64,000 bases of DNA from Candidatus Cloacimonadota bacterium (GTDB lineage: Bacteria > Cloacimonadota > Cloacimonadia > G963667145). This document shows positions 21,149-33,166 of this stretch, piece by piece (within the stretch, counting starts at the first letter, position 1; every line of letters starts with the position of its first letter). The notes beneath the pieces were generated by a model. That model had not been told where the DNA came from, made no database searches, and worked only from the letters and a program-made list of their open reading frames with translations. The stretch is taken from NCBI GenBank assembly GCA_963667255.1, contig OY762940.1, positions 1,248,001 to 1,312,000 of the forward strand, read 5' to 3'. The position numbers and the translations under genes were made by a program.

Positions 21149-22171
21149 TTAAACTTCAACAATCCAACCATCCGGAGCTTCTACATCGCCGAATTGTATT
21201 CCTGTCAATTTATTATAAAGACCAGTTGTTACCGGTCCCACTTCCGTTTCCGAATAAAAAACATGCAAATTTCCTTTATAGCTAATCCCGCCTATGGGAG
21301 TGATAACTGCGGCTGTTCCGCAAGCTCCCGCTTCTTTGAACTCAGATAAGTTATCGATAAAAACATCTCGTTCTTCGGTTTTCATTCCCAAATATTCTCT
21401 AGCCACATGCAATAACGAAGACTTTGTGATACTTGGTAAAATAGAGGGAGATTTAGGAGTAACAAACTTGTTGTCTTTGGTTATTCCGAAGAAATTTGCG
21501 GCACCAACTTCTTCTATCTTGGTATGAGTTGCAGGGTCCAAATAGATGCAATCAGCAAATCCGGCTTCGGCACTATTTTTGTGAGGGAGCATACTGGCTC
21601 CGTAATTGCCCCCTACTTTCACCGCACCTGTTCCCATTGGAGCTGCACGGTCATAATCAGAAATATTAAAATTAACTGGAGCAAGGCCACCTTTAAAATA
21701 TGCACCAACCGGAACACAAAAAATACAGAAAACATACTCAGGAGCTGGCTTCACGCCTATATTCGCTCCATCACCAAACATAAACGGACGGATATACAAT
21801 GTTCCCCCACTACCGTAAGGAGGGACATATTCTGCATTTGCTCTTACGACCTCTTTGCACGCTTCAACGAACTTTTCCTCTGGATATTCCGCCATCAGAA
21901 CCCTTTGACAAGATCTAATCATCCGTTTTGCATTTTCCTCGGGACGAAACAAAACAACCTTATTTTCTTTTGTTTTATAAGCCTTCAACCCCTCAAAACA
22001 GCTTTGTCCGTAATGAAGTACCGTTGCTGCAGCATGGATAGTCAAACTGTCATCATCCACCATTTTTCCGTTGTCCCACTTACCCTCTTTGTAACGCGAA
22101 ACAAACATCTTATTGGTTTTCAGATAATCAAAGCCAAGACTATTCCAATCAATTTTCTTACTCATATTCAC
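21149..22171 (-). CDS. ilvE: Branched-chain amino acid aminotransferase
   Basis: LHYGQ..FEGLKAY, LYIRP, KVGGNY, EEVGAANF, ILPSIT, GTAAVITP. Confidence 0.96.
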   Translation of the reverse strand: MNMSKKIDWNSLGFDYLKTNKMFVSRYKEGKWDNGKMVDDDSLTIHAAATVLHYGQSCFEGLKAYKTKENKVVLFRPEENAKRMIRSCQRVLMAEYPEEKFVEACKEVVRANAEYVPPYGSGGTLYIRPFMFGDGANIGVKPAPEYVFCIFCVPVGAYFKGGLAPVNFNISDYDRAAPMGTGAVKVGGNYGASMLPHKNSAEAGFADCIYLDPATHTKIEEVGAANFFGITKDNKFVTPKSPSILPSITKSSLLHVAREYLGMKTEERDVFIDNLSEFKEAGACGTAAVITPIGGISYKGNLHVFYSETEVGPVTTGLYNKLTGIQFGDVEAPDGWIVEV

Positions 22172-22297
22172 CTCTGATTTTTACGAAACTTTAAAGCTAA
22201 TAACTAATCGTCAAGTTTTTTTCCTCTTTCCAAGTTTCCCTATCAAAAAATAACCGCAAAACAATTTTGTTTTCAACAAGTTTAATGAATTTAGGAT

Positions 22298-23140
22298 TTA
22301 CAAATCGTTTTTGCCAAACTCATACACTCTGCCACAAAACTGACAAGTAGCTCGAATTTTACCCTTTTCTTTTAAAATCTCTTCTATCTCATCTTTGCCC
22401 AAAAGCATTATTCCGCTTTTAAATCTCTCGGCACTGCAATCACATTCATATCTCGCCGTGAAGGTGGACAAAATTTTTGCATCATCCACAACAAATTTTT
22501 CTATAATTTCCTGAACTGAATAGCCTATATCCATCAAATCCGTAAAATTCGGAAACTTCTTCATTTTTTGTTCCAAACAGGCAATAGTCTCATCATCCGC
22601 ATCGGGCAACAACTGAACTATAAAACCACCGGCTTGCAAAATTTCCGCTTTCTCGTTAATCAATACACCGAGCACAACAACCGAAGCGATTTGTTGCGAT
22701 TGCATCAGAAGGTAAGCAACATCTTGGGCAATCTCGGAAGTTTGCAACTCCACATGCCCGTTATATGGTCGCTTCAAGCCCTCATCTTTAATAAGTGTCA
22801 GCGTGCCTTTCCCTATCGCTTTGGGGATGTTAAAACCTTTGCCATTCGTATTTGTTACCTCTTGCGAAGAATTGGAAATAGTGCCTTTGACCCTTCCATC
22901 TTGAGTAGCAACAACTACGATATTCCCCAAGAGTCCGTCGCCGCTTACTTTTAGCGTCAGCTTATTTTTTTTGCTCTTCAACTGTGCACCCAAGAGTAAT
23001 CCGGCTGTCAGTAACCGTCCCAAAGCGACACTGGCGGTGATAGATAAGTTGTGCGTTGCCTGTGCTTTCCTGACTGTTTCCGTCGAATTTACAGCCAAAA
23101 AAGCAAGACCTTTCCCCGTGCCTCTTATCAATTTATCCAT
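22298..23140 (-). CDS. hslO: Hsp33 redox-regulated chaperone
   Basis: ALGRLLT, SEIAQD, QSQQ, AGGFIVQLLP, CDC...CQFC zinc site. Confidence 0.93.
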   Translation of the reverse strand: MDKLIRGTGKGLAFLAVNSTETVRKAQATHNLSITASVALGRLLTAGLLLGAQLKSKKNKLTLKVSGDGLLGNIVVVATQDGRVKGTISNSSQEVTNTNGKGFNIPKAIGKGTLTLIKDEGLKRPYNGHVELQTSEIAQDVAYLLMQSQQIASVVVLGVLINEKAEILQAGGFIVQLLPDADDETIACLEQKMKKFPNFTDLMDIGYSVQEIIEKFVVDDAKILSTFTARYECDCSAERFKSGIMLLGKDEIEEILKEKGKIRATCQFCGRVYEFGKNDL

Positions 23141-23152
23141 ATCGAGTTAACC

Positions 23153-23674
23153 TCAATCACAATACTTAATCCTACCGTAAGCAATTATATCCCCTGAACT
23201 CACATCTGCCGTATCACGAACGACCTTTAACTTGGTAGAACTGGCGTGTATAAACTCAACTTTATTATCAGCAATTCGGCAAACAATCCCTCCATGAGTC
23301 GGCAAAAGTTTATTTGTTCCGATGAAAATAATATCGCCCAAATCCACATTGCTCACAGACAGCAAATTCGTGTTATACAAAAACAGAGACTCAATGTTGG
23401 CGTCCGAAACAACTCCACCGGAACTATTCACAAAAATATTTTTCTTGTTCAAAGCAGTTTGATAGCTATACACTATCAGCCCCGAACAGTCAAAACTACT
23501 TGGTCCGTCACTACCCAGAGAGTATGGGCAACCTAACTTCCCAATAGAAATTTGCACAGCCTTACTTCTAATGGTAGAATTAGCCTCAGTTTGACTATTG
23601 TCGGAAGAGTCAGACGAAATGAAGTTGCATCCGAACAAAGCAAAAATGCAGATAAAGGGAATAATTTTCTTCAT
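23153..23674 (-). CDS. NlpC/P60 family lipoprotein peptidase
   Basis: LFGC lipobox, FDCSGL catalytic Cys, THGG, IHASS; start overlaps the kdsA stop (TGATG). Confidence 0.88.
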   Translation of the reverse strand: MKKIIPFICIFALFGCNFISSDSSDNSQTEANSTIRSKAVQISIGKLGCPYSLGSDGPSSFDCSGLIVYSYQTALNKKNIFVNSSGGVVSDANIESLFLYNTNLLSVSNVDLGDIIFIGTNKLLPTHGGIVCRIADNKVEFIHASSTKLKVVRDTADVSSGDIIAYGRIKYCD

Positions 23675-24444
23675 CAACAATAAGGTCTGATAATATCGAA
23701 CAGCGAATCCATTTGCTCGAAATCAAGCATCGTGCTGGCATCACATAGAGCTTTTTTTGGATTGGGATGCACCTCCACAAATAGTCCAGAAACAGCACCT
23801 GTAGCCAAAGCTGCCGAAGCCAATGGTAAAGCGTATTGCGGTGTCCCCCCGCTAACCGCCCCACTGGACGGCTCTTGCATAGAGTGTGTCACATCGTAAA
23901 TCACAGGATATCCGTAAGAATTCATCTTCACAAAATTCCTGAAATCCACCACAAGATTGTGATATCCGAAACTCGTTCCTCTCTCCGTTAGCAAAATTTT
24001 GTCGTTTCCCCCACATTTCTTGATAGCCCCTTTCATATCTTCCGCCGCCATAAATTGAGCTTTTTTGATGTTGATAATTTTATCGGTTTCCGCAGCCGCT
24101 TGCAAGATAGATGTCTGACGAGACAGAAACGCAGGAATTTGCAAGATATCCGCCACTTCTGCCGCCAAAGCAGCTTGTGATGGCAAATGAATATCGGTTA
24201 CTATAGGAAGGTTGAACTCGCTCTTTATTTTTTGCAAATTGCCCAGACCCTCGTCAATACCGGGTCCAGCATAAGATTCGGCACTGGTTCTATTTGCTTT
24301 CTCAAACGAAGACTTGAAAACCACCGGACAAGGGCAATTTCTCACCAAATACTCAGCCACTTGCCTACCAACTTCCAAACTCTCCAAAACACACGGTCCT
24401 GCCAACAAAAAGAACTTGTTCTTCAATAAGTTATAATCCAACAT
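23674..24444 (-). CDS. kdsA: 3-deoxy-8-phosphooctulonate (KDO8P) synthase
   Basis: AGPCVLE, KANRTS, QIPAFL, ERG.SFGY, DVTHS; ATG 24444 with SD AAGGAG. Confidence 0.96.
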   Translation of the reverse strand: MLDYNLLKNKFFLLAGPCVLESLEVGRQVAEYLVRNCPCPVVFKSSFEKANRTSAESYAGPGIDEGLGNLQKIKSEFNLPIVTDIHLPSQAALAAEVADILQIPAFLSRQTSILQAAAETDKIINIKKAQFMAAEDMKGAIKKCGGNDKILLTERGTSFGYHNLVVDFRNFVKMNSYGYPVIYDVTHSMQEPSSGAVSGGTPQYALPLASAALATGAVSGLFVEVHPNPKKALCDASTMLDFEQMDSLFDIIRPYC

Positions 24445-24445
24445 C

Positions 24446-25207
24446 CTATGCTCCTTGACGAACATTCAATCCCTGTTCAACCAAATAATTTTTGATTTGA
24501 GGAATTGTTAATTTTTTGTAATGTAGCAACGAAGCCAAAAGCAAAGCATCCGCTTTACCCTCTTTCACTCCTTGCACAAAGTGCTCTAACTTGCCGGCAC
24601 CTCCAGAAGCAATCACTGGCACGCTGGAAATGCTGCTGACTCGTTCCGTGAGTTCGATGTCATATCCCTGATTTGTGCCGTCAGCGTCTATCGAATTTAG
24701 CAAAATCTCTCCTGCTCCCAAATCGATAGCTTTTTTTACCCATGAAAACACATCCAAGCCTGTGTCTACGCGACCACCGGCTACAAAGCAATTCCAACTG
24801 TCTCCCGTGCGTTTTGCATCGACTGACAACACTATACATTGGCTACCGAAAGAGTTCGCCGCTTCTTTTATCAAATCGGGATTCTTAATCGCAGCAGAAC
24901 AAATACTCACTTTGTCAGCTCCTGCCAAAAGTGCTTGGCGAATGTCCTCACAACTGCGGATGCCACCTCCAACAGTCAGCGGGATAAAAACAACCTTAGC
25001 AATCTTCTCCACCACATCCAAAAGAGTTTGCTTACTCTTGTAAGTAGCACCTATGTCCAAAAAAGTCAGTTCGTCCGCACCTTGCGAATAATACTCTTTT
25101 GACAACTCAAGCGGATCGCCCGCATCCTGAATCTCTTTAAAACCTGTTCCCTTCACCACTCTGCCATCTTCCACATCCAAACACGGGATAATTCTCGTTG
25201 TTAACAT
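24446..25207 (-). CDS. hisF: Imidazole glycerol phosphate synthase cyclase subunit
   Basis: RIIPCLDV..GRVVKG, GADEL.FLDI, VGGGIR, GAGEILL.SID.DGT, VIASGGAG; true start MLTTRII at 25207. Confidence 0.95.
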   Translation of the reverse strand: MLTTRIIPCLDVEDGRVVKGTGFKEIQDAGDPLELSKEYYSQGADELTFLDIGATYKSKQTLLDVVEKIAKVVFIPLTVGGGIRSCEDIRQALLAGADKVSICSAAIKNPDLIKEAANSFGSQCIVLSVDAKRTGDSWNCFVAGGRVDTGLDVFSWVKKAIDLGAGEILLNSIDADGTNQGYDIELTERVSSISSVPVIASGGAGKLEHFVQGVKEGKADALLLASLLHYKKLTIPQIKNYLVEQGLNVRQGA

Positions 25208-25389
25208 AAAAATCCTTCCATCAGTTTTCACACTGAAATAATCTGTATCAAGCAAACTGCAAATCAACAATAATGGTGTCAATAAATTATCGGAAGAAAG
25301 TTTGAACACAAAATATAAGTCAACAAAACAATTGACATCTTCCCTTGCAAATAAGTTTTCACTGGATATTTTTATTATAAGGAGCATTA

Positions 25390-26988
25390 GTGAACGATTT
25401 TGAACAACTCGGATTAAACCACGAAATTTTAAAAACATTGCAGGCTTTAGATTTCACTACACCCACAGCTGTGCAAGCTGAAGCCATACCGCAAATTTTA
25501 GGCACAAATAACGACCTGATTATTTTATCACAAACAGGTTCTGGGAAGACCGCTACTTTCGGATTGCCGATGGTGCAGTCATTTGACAACACAAAGAAAA
25601 AAATACAATTTTTGATATTAACTCCTACTCGCGAGCTTGCCAAGCAAGTCTCACAAGAGTTAAAGGATTACTCCGCCAACACGGGCAGTTTCATAATAGC
25701 CAACATTCTTGGAGGAGAAGATGTCCAAAAGCAAATACAATCCATTCGCTCTCAACCCACTGTAATCGTGGGCACTCCGGGAAGAGTTTTGGAGTTGCTC
25801 AACCGAAAAATATTGGATTTGTCGGAGATAGACACATTGGTTTTGGACGAAGCAGACAGAATGTTGGAAATGGGCTTTTCCGAAGAGTTAAACGCCATCA
25901 TCCAATTCTTAAATCCTGATAAAAGGACTTTGCTCTTCTCCGCCACTATGAACAGGCAAGTGGAAAATTTGGCATCAAGTCAGTATATGATAAACCCCCA
26001 AAAAATAGTAATCGGGAAACAAAATAAATCTAATATCGACATTACTCACGATTACTATCTGTGCTCGGCAAAGCTTAAGCCGGATGTCTTAATGAGAATT
26101 TTGGATTATTATCCTGAGTTTTACGGAATAGTTTTTTGCCGAACCAAGCAAATATCCGAAGACCTCACCAAAATCTTGCAAAGAAAAAATTACAGTGCAG
26201 AGATTTTTAACAGCGATTTGTCTCAATCTGACAGAAGCAGAGTGATTAACAGTTTCAAAAACAAAAAAACTACTGTGCTGATAGCTACAGATTTGGCGAG
26301 CAGAGGCTTGGATGTGAAAAACCTCACACATGTTGTTAACTTTTCTCTGCCGGACAATACCGAAGACTACATTCACAGGAGCGGAAGAACAGCCAGAATT
26401 GGCAAGAAAGGGATTTGTCTATCCATCATCAGTCAGCGAGAAAAGAAAGCTCTGAATTTTCTTCAACAAAAATTAAACATATCCATTGTAGAGCAAAAAA
26501 TTCCCACGGGAGAACAGGTCTGCCAACATAATCTGCTACAACTCAAAAGAAAAATAGAATCTTTCCAACTTCCACCAGAGTTTGAAGGTTATGTTCAGGG
26601 TATTTATGACAGCTTCAATGAATTTTCCAAAGAAGAGTTAATCTGCTCGTTTGTCGGTTCACATTTGGCGGATTTATGGGAAAGATATCACAAAATTCCG
26701 GATTTGAATATAAGTGAAAAAGTTAATTTTGATATGCTTAAAATCAACTTGGGAAGCGATGACGATTTTCTGTTGTCCGACCTTTTCTCTCTGATGAAAT
26801 CCGCCCAAAAAAACACAAAGTTGGGTAAAATTAAGATAAAGAGAAAAGAAACCGATGTAGAGGTTGACGCTCAATTTTCGGACAAAATTGTCAAAAGCCT
26901 TAACAGTAAAAAGTTCGCTCATTTGCCAATCAAGGCTTGGAAAACTGTTCACAAGAAACGAAACAAAAAAGGCAGAAATTTCTCTTGA
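25390..26988 (+). CDS. DEAD-box RNA helicase (DeaD/CshA-like)
   Basis: Q motif, TGSGKT, PTRELA, TPGR, DEAD, SAT, RGLD, HRSGRTAR. Confidence 0.95.
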   Translation: MNDFEQLGLNHEILKTLQALDFTTPTAVQAEAIPQILGTNNDLIILSQTGSGKTATFGLPMVQSFDNTKKKIQFLILTPTRELAKQVSQELKDYSANTGSFIIANILGGEDVQKQIQSIRSQPTVIVGTPGRVLELLNRKILDLSEIDTLVLDEADRMLEMGFSEELNAIIQFLNPDKRTLLFSATMNRQVENLASSQYMINPQKIVIGKQNKSNIDITHDYYLCSAKLKPDVLMRILDYYPEFYGIVFCRTKQISEDLTKILQRKNYSAEIFNSDLSQSDRSRVINSFKNKKTTVLIATDLASRGLDVKNLTHVVNFSLPDNTEDYIHRSGRTARIGKKGICLSIISQREKKALNFLQQKLNISIVEQKIPTGEQVCQHNLLQLKRKIESFQLPPEFEGYVQGIYDSFNEFSKEELICSFVGSHLADLWERYHKIPDLNISEKVNFDMLKINLGSDDDFLLSDLFSLMKSAQKNTKLGKIKIKRKETDVEVDAQFSDKIVKSLNSKKFAHLPIKAWKTVHKKRNKKGRNFS

Positions 26989-27032
26989 CTTTGACCTTTG
27001 ATTATAAATTTTTTCTCATAATTGCATAGAGA

Positions 27033-27103
27033 ATGTTGCGGGGATTTGTTCCATATTGCACCGCAACATAAAAAAATAAATAGAAGTAATGCTAAAAAGG
27101 AGC
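27033..27103 (+). ncRNA. SAM-II-type riboswitch (H-type pseudoknot) upstream of metK
   Basis: P1 ATGTTGCGG(27033-41)/CCGCAACAT(27061-69); loop GAUUUGUUCCAUAUUGCA; 3' UAAAU...GUAAU-GCUAAAAAGGAG; AUUGC pairs with GUAAU and UUCC with the SD GGAG; context is metK. Confidence 0.8.
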
Positions 27104-27110
27104 TTTAAAA

Positions 27111-28259
27111 ATGAAAAAAAGTCTTTTCACTAGTGAATCGGTAACTGAAGGACATCCCGACAAGATTTGTGACCAAATCTCGGATTCCATTCTTGATGCC
27201 ATTTTCTCTCAAGATTCGGAGGCAAGAGTCGCTTGCGAAACTTTCGTAACTACAGGTATGGCACTGGTAGGTGGCGAAATTACCACCAGCTGTTATGTTG
27301 ACATCCCATCTGTAGTGCGGGAAACCCTAAGAAAAATCGGCTACACCAATGCGGATTACGGCATAGATGCCAAAACATGTGCTGTGATTACCACTATCGA
27401 CAAGCAATCTAGAGACATAGCTATGGGCGTGGACGAATATTCCCAACACGAACAAGGAGCGGGAGACCAAGGAATGATGTTTGGTTACGCCTGCAAAGAG
27501 ACCAAAGAGCTGATGCCTCTACCTATTATGCTCAGTCACAAACTCACCAAAAAACTTTCCGAAGTTCGCAAATCGGGAGAGTTGACCTATCTGAGACCTG
27601 ACGGCAAATCACAAGTAACTGTCGAATATTTGGACGACAAGCCTGTCAGAGTTGAGGCTGTAGTTATCTCCACTCAACACGACCCCGAAGTTACTTTGGA
27701 ACAAATTCGTGAAGACATTTTGGCGAAAGTGATTAGACCCGTTATAGACAAAAACCTCTTGGATGAAAACACCAAATTTCACATCAATCCTACGGGAAGA
27801 TTTGTTTTGGGTGGACCTCATGCAGATACAGGACTGACCGGTAGAAAAATCATCGTGGATACATACGGTGGCAAGGGTAGCCACGGGGGTGGCTGTTTTA
27901 GCGGGAAAGACCCGTCAAAAGTTGACAGAAGTGCTTCATATATGGCAAGATACATTGCCAAGAATATTGTCGCTGCCGATTTTGCCGATAGATGCGAAGT
28001 GGAACTCGCATATGCCATCGGAGTTGCCAACCCTGTTTCCGTTTTGGTAGATACCTTTGGCACTGGGAAAGTTGATGACGAAAAATTAGTGGAAGCCGTG
28101 AAAAAAGTGTTTCCTCTCAAACCTGCCGAACTTATCAAGCATCTGAATTTGAAAAGACCTATCTATGCCGAAACAGCCAGTTACGGTCACTTCGGTCGCG
28201 AGAATTTCCCTTGGGAAGCTACCGACATGGTGGACAAATTGAAAAACGCTTTGAAATAA
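27111..28259 (+). CDS. metK: S-adenosylmethionine synthetase
   Basis: [41 protein letters not shown]. Confidence 0.99.
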   Translation: MKKSLFTSESVTEGHPDKICDQISDSILDAIFSQDSEARVACETFVTTGMALVGGEITTSCYVDIPSVVRETLRKIGYTNADYGIDAKTCAVITTIDKQSRDIAMGVDEYSQHEQGAGDQGMMFGYACKETKELMPLPIMLSHKLTKKLSEVRKSGELTYLRPDGKSQVTVEYLDDKPVRVEAVVISTQHDPEVTLEQIREDILAKVIRPVIDKNLLDENTKFHINPTGRFVLGGPHADTGLTGRKIIVDTYGGKGSHGGGCFSGKDPSKVDRSASYMARYIAKNIVAADFADRCEVELAYAIGVANPVSVLVDTFGTGKVDDEKLVEAVKKVFPLKPAELIKHLNLKRPIYAETASYGHFGRENFPWEATDMVDKLKNALK

Positions 28260-28260
28260 G

Positions 28261-28845
28261 ATGCTGGCAAACCATCTGAAAAAATTTGAAGAACTGAAAT
28301 ACAAAGGGACACTAAGTGTCCCTTCTCTTTCTCTGCCTACAACCAAAAAGCACATCAGCCTCATCGGATTTATGGGCGTTGGTAAAACTACCATTTGCAA
28401 CGCTTTGGATACAAAAGGTTTGGATTTGGATTTTTTGATAGAGAAAGAGGCTATGCTAAAAATCTGCGACATCTTCAAAACCCACGGAGAGTCACATTTT
28501 CGCGAGTTGGAACTGAAAGTCCTAAAATCTGTAAGCAACCTGAGCGAGCCGATTTGCTTGGCTACCGGAGGTGGCATCATCACTCAAGAGCAAGCCAGAA
28601 AAGAGTTGCAAGAGAACTACTATAACATCTTCCTCTACTTGCCTTTGGAGACCATCGTAGGAAGGGTAAACTCCGACAAGAGAAGACCTTTGTTCTCTCA
28701 AGAGTTGGACAAACTGGAACAGCTTTTTATTTATAGATTGGATTGGTATCTCGAAGTTGCCGACTTGACCATCGACACGCGAGAATTTTCTACGGAAGAA
28801 ATTGCTAAATTAATTTTGTATTTGCTCGCAAAAATTAATCGATAG
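28261..28845 (+). CDS. aroK: Shikimate kinase (with about 28-aa N-terminal extension)
   Basis: LIGFMGVGKTT, DLD, GE..FR..E, ATGGG, RPL. Confidence 0.88.
   Translation: MLANHLKKFEELKYKGTLSVPSLSLPTTKKHISLIGFMGVGKTTICNALDTKGLDLDFLIEKEAMLKICDIFKTHGESHFRELELKVLKSVSNLSEPICLATGGGIITQEQARKELQENYYNIFLYLPLETIVGRVNSDKRRPLFSQELDKLEQLFIYRLDWYLEVADLTIDTREFSTEEIAKLILYLLAKINR
28304..28334. terminator. Terminator-like hairpin downstream of metK, inside the aroK 5' coding region
   Basis: AAGGGACAC-TAA-GTGTCCCTT perfect 9-bp stem; pyrimidine tail CTCTTTCTCT on plus, UUUGUAUUU on minus. Confidence 0.55.
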
Positions 28846-28850
28846 TTGCC

Positions 28851-30903
<2,053 letters not shown>

Positions 30904-32154
30904 CTAAACTCCTTCAGCCGTAAAATTCGTATTTTTTACCCTATCTATCAATTTGTCCGCATCGTTGTAAAAAGAGAAAAACATCAACGACATTATCAGG
31001 AGAAAGCCGACATATTGCAACTTCATTTGGATGCTCTCGGAAACGGGCTTCCTCAATATTCCCTCCAAAACTGCGAACAAAATCATACCACCGTCCAAAA
31101 TCGGAATAGGAAGCAAATTCATCACACACAACACCACATTGATGAAAGCGATGAAAACAAAAATGGAACTCGCACCTTTATTGGAAAAGCTCTTCGCAGA
31201 CTGAGAAATCATTATTGGTCCAGACAAATTGTCCGCCAAGTCAAGCGGATTTACCACCAATTTATACAACCCATAATAGTTTAGCCACACTGCAGAACCG
31301 GTCGCAAACAAACCGTTCTCTATAGATGTGAGGAAGCCGTAGGGAGCCTTGTTAAATGTAGCAAGAGGAGCGGTAATCCCAAATAGATATTTGCCCGAAA
31401 CTGGATCTTGTATAGGCTCAATCTCTCTTGTCAAAATCTGATTTCCCCGTGAAAACATCACCTTTACGCTTCCCGCTCCAATGATAACAAGCCCAATATC
31501 GTGCCAAGAAACTATCTCTTTGTCCTCAATTTGTAAAATCTTGTCGCCCTCTTTCAATCCCGCTTGATAGGCAGGCATACCCACAGCGACCTCGCCTATT
31601 ACAGGCTCAACAGCAGGATTTACGGAGAATTTGTCATCTATGGTAACAGCGAGCAAATCGCCATCTCTATTCACAATAAATTTTTTAGCATTCTCGCCTA
31701 TCTCCGACCAACTCCTTATCTTTTGACCATCAGCCTCCACGACAACATCACCTCGTTGAAAGCCCTGAGCGTTTTCGTTGATAACAGGCAAAAAATCTTG
31801 GTAAGAGACATTGAACATGAACGACATCACAAAAAATAGAGCCGCCACCAACAGATTAGCAAAAGGACCGGCAAAAGCTATGATAGATTTTTGCCACCAC
31901 GATTTACCAGAAAAAGAGTCCGGCTCAGCCGAAGCCTCTTTGATATTCTCGCCAAACATCTTAACATATCCGCCCAGAGGTATCAGAGATATTCGGAAAT
32001 TCGTCTGCCAAATTTTCTTCTCAAACAAGACAGGACCGAAACCGATGGAAAAAGCCTCTACCCGAACACCAAAAATCCGTGCAGCCACAAAATGCCCTAT
32101 TTCGTGCAAAGCGACTATCACGGATAAAACTAAAATAAAATAGATGTAAAACAA
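30904..32154 (-). CDS. rseP: RIP metalloprotease RseP
   Basis: HEIGH, FSIGFG, AGPFAN, PDZ domains, NLLPIPILDGG. Confidence 0.95.
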   Translation of the reverse strand: MFYIYFILVLSVIVALHEIGHFVAARIFGVRVEAFSIGFGPVLFEKKIWQTNFRISLIPLGGYVKMFGENIKEASAEPDSFSGKSWWQKSIIAFAGPFANLLVAALFFVMSFMFNVSYQDFLPVINENAQGFQRGDVVVEADGQKIRSWSEIGENAKKFIVNRDGDLLAVTIDDKFSVNPAVEPVIGEVAVGMPAYQAGLKEGDKILQIEDKEIVSWHDIGLVIIGAGSVKVMFSRGNQILTREIEPIQDPVSGKYLFGITAPLATFNKAPYGFLTSIENGLFATGSAVWLNYYGLYKLVVNPLDLADNLSGPIMISQSAKSFSNKGASSIFVFIAFINVVLCVMNLLPIPILDGGMILFAVLEGILRKPVSESIQMKLQYVGFLLIMSLMFFSFYNDADKLIDRVKNTNFTAEGV

Positions 32155-32161
32155 ATTTCCC

Positions 32162-33139
32162 CTACAAATTCTCTTTCAAAAAATAGATGTTCTCAATAGC
32201 AAACGGGTCAACCCCATTCTCCATAGCAAGATAATAGCTAATCATATCCCCAATGAAAATCAAAGAAAACACCTTTTCTATATACGAATTGCCCTCGGCA
32301 AAAATATCGATTTTCTCGTCCAACAACTCGGAAAAAATCTCCACTCTCTTTTTGTATCTCTCACCCAAATCAAAATCGGACAAAATCACGGGCACCAACG
32401 GCAAATCCTGATGATAATACCCCTCAATCTCGTTGTGATTCATCTCGGGAAAACAGTGCCAAAAAGCTGGCGAATTTGCATTCTCGTTGATTTGACACTT
32501 CATCCTGTAAGCCGCACAACTATAGGCAGGGTCAGCAGCATAGATAATCGCAATCTTCCCTTTAAGACTCTTGGCGATTTGCTTGGCGATATTTTGGTCG
32601 TGCGAGTTATCCTCAAACACAGCTTGCACTTTCCCCGCCAACTGACTGACCGTAGCATCTATCTCTTTGACTATGCTCGGCACCAAACCGTAAGCCTCCA
32701 AAATCTTGTGAACTCCACCGAACAGATAAGCGATAGCCGCCCTCGGAGGGAAACCGCTTTTCAACCTAATAATCGGGTAGTTTCCGCCCATCATCTCTTC
32801 CAACTTTCCACCGGTAGTTATTCCGGCAAGATGAGCAGTCTTCTCTTTGGCTTTGGAGAAGCAAGACAAAGTCTCTTCCGTATTTCCAGAGTAAGATATC
32901 AAAATCACCAGTGTTTTGGCATCCAAATATCCCGGGCGATAATCGCTGGCAACTCTCACGGAAAATTTCTCTCCATACGCTCCATTTATCAGGTGTCCGG
33001 CTATCCCCGAGCCACCCATTCCACAAATCACAACCTTATCTATATCGCCCTCTTGTTTGGCTATCTCCGCTTTGTGATATCCCTGATACAGATGATCAGG
33101 CATATGCGTAATCAAATCGTGCATTGAATTCATATCCAT
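32162..33139 (-). CDS. Bifunctional phosphoglucose/phosphomannose isomerase (SIS type)
   Basis: CGMGGSGI, SYSGNTEET, PRAA, Q.NENA, PEMNHNEI. Confidence 0.92.
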   Translation of the reverse strand: MDMNSMHDLITHMPDHLYQGYHKAEIAKQEGDIDKVVICGMGGSGIAGHLINGAYGEKFSVRVASDYRPGYLDAKTLVILISYSGNTEETLSCFSKAKEKTAHLAGITTGGKLEEMMGGNYPIIRLKSGFPPRAAIAYLFGGVHKILEAYGLVPSIVKEIDATVSQLAGKVQAVFEDNSHDQNIAKQIAKSLKGKIAIIYAADPAYSCAAYRMKCQINENANSPAFWHCFPEMNHNEIEGYYHQDLPLVPVILSDFDLGERYKKRVEIFSELLDEKIDIFAEGNSYIEKVFSLIFIGDMISYYLAMENGVDPFAIENIYFLKENL

Positions 33140-33166
33140 AATTATTCCTCTTTATTCTTTTACAAT

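Noticed and set aside
25208..25438. 77-aa N-terminal extension of HisF in the ORF track
   Set aside because: It spans the divergent promoter region and overlaps the helicase start; homology begins at MLTTRII (25207)
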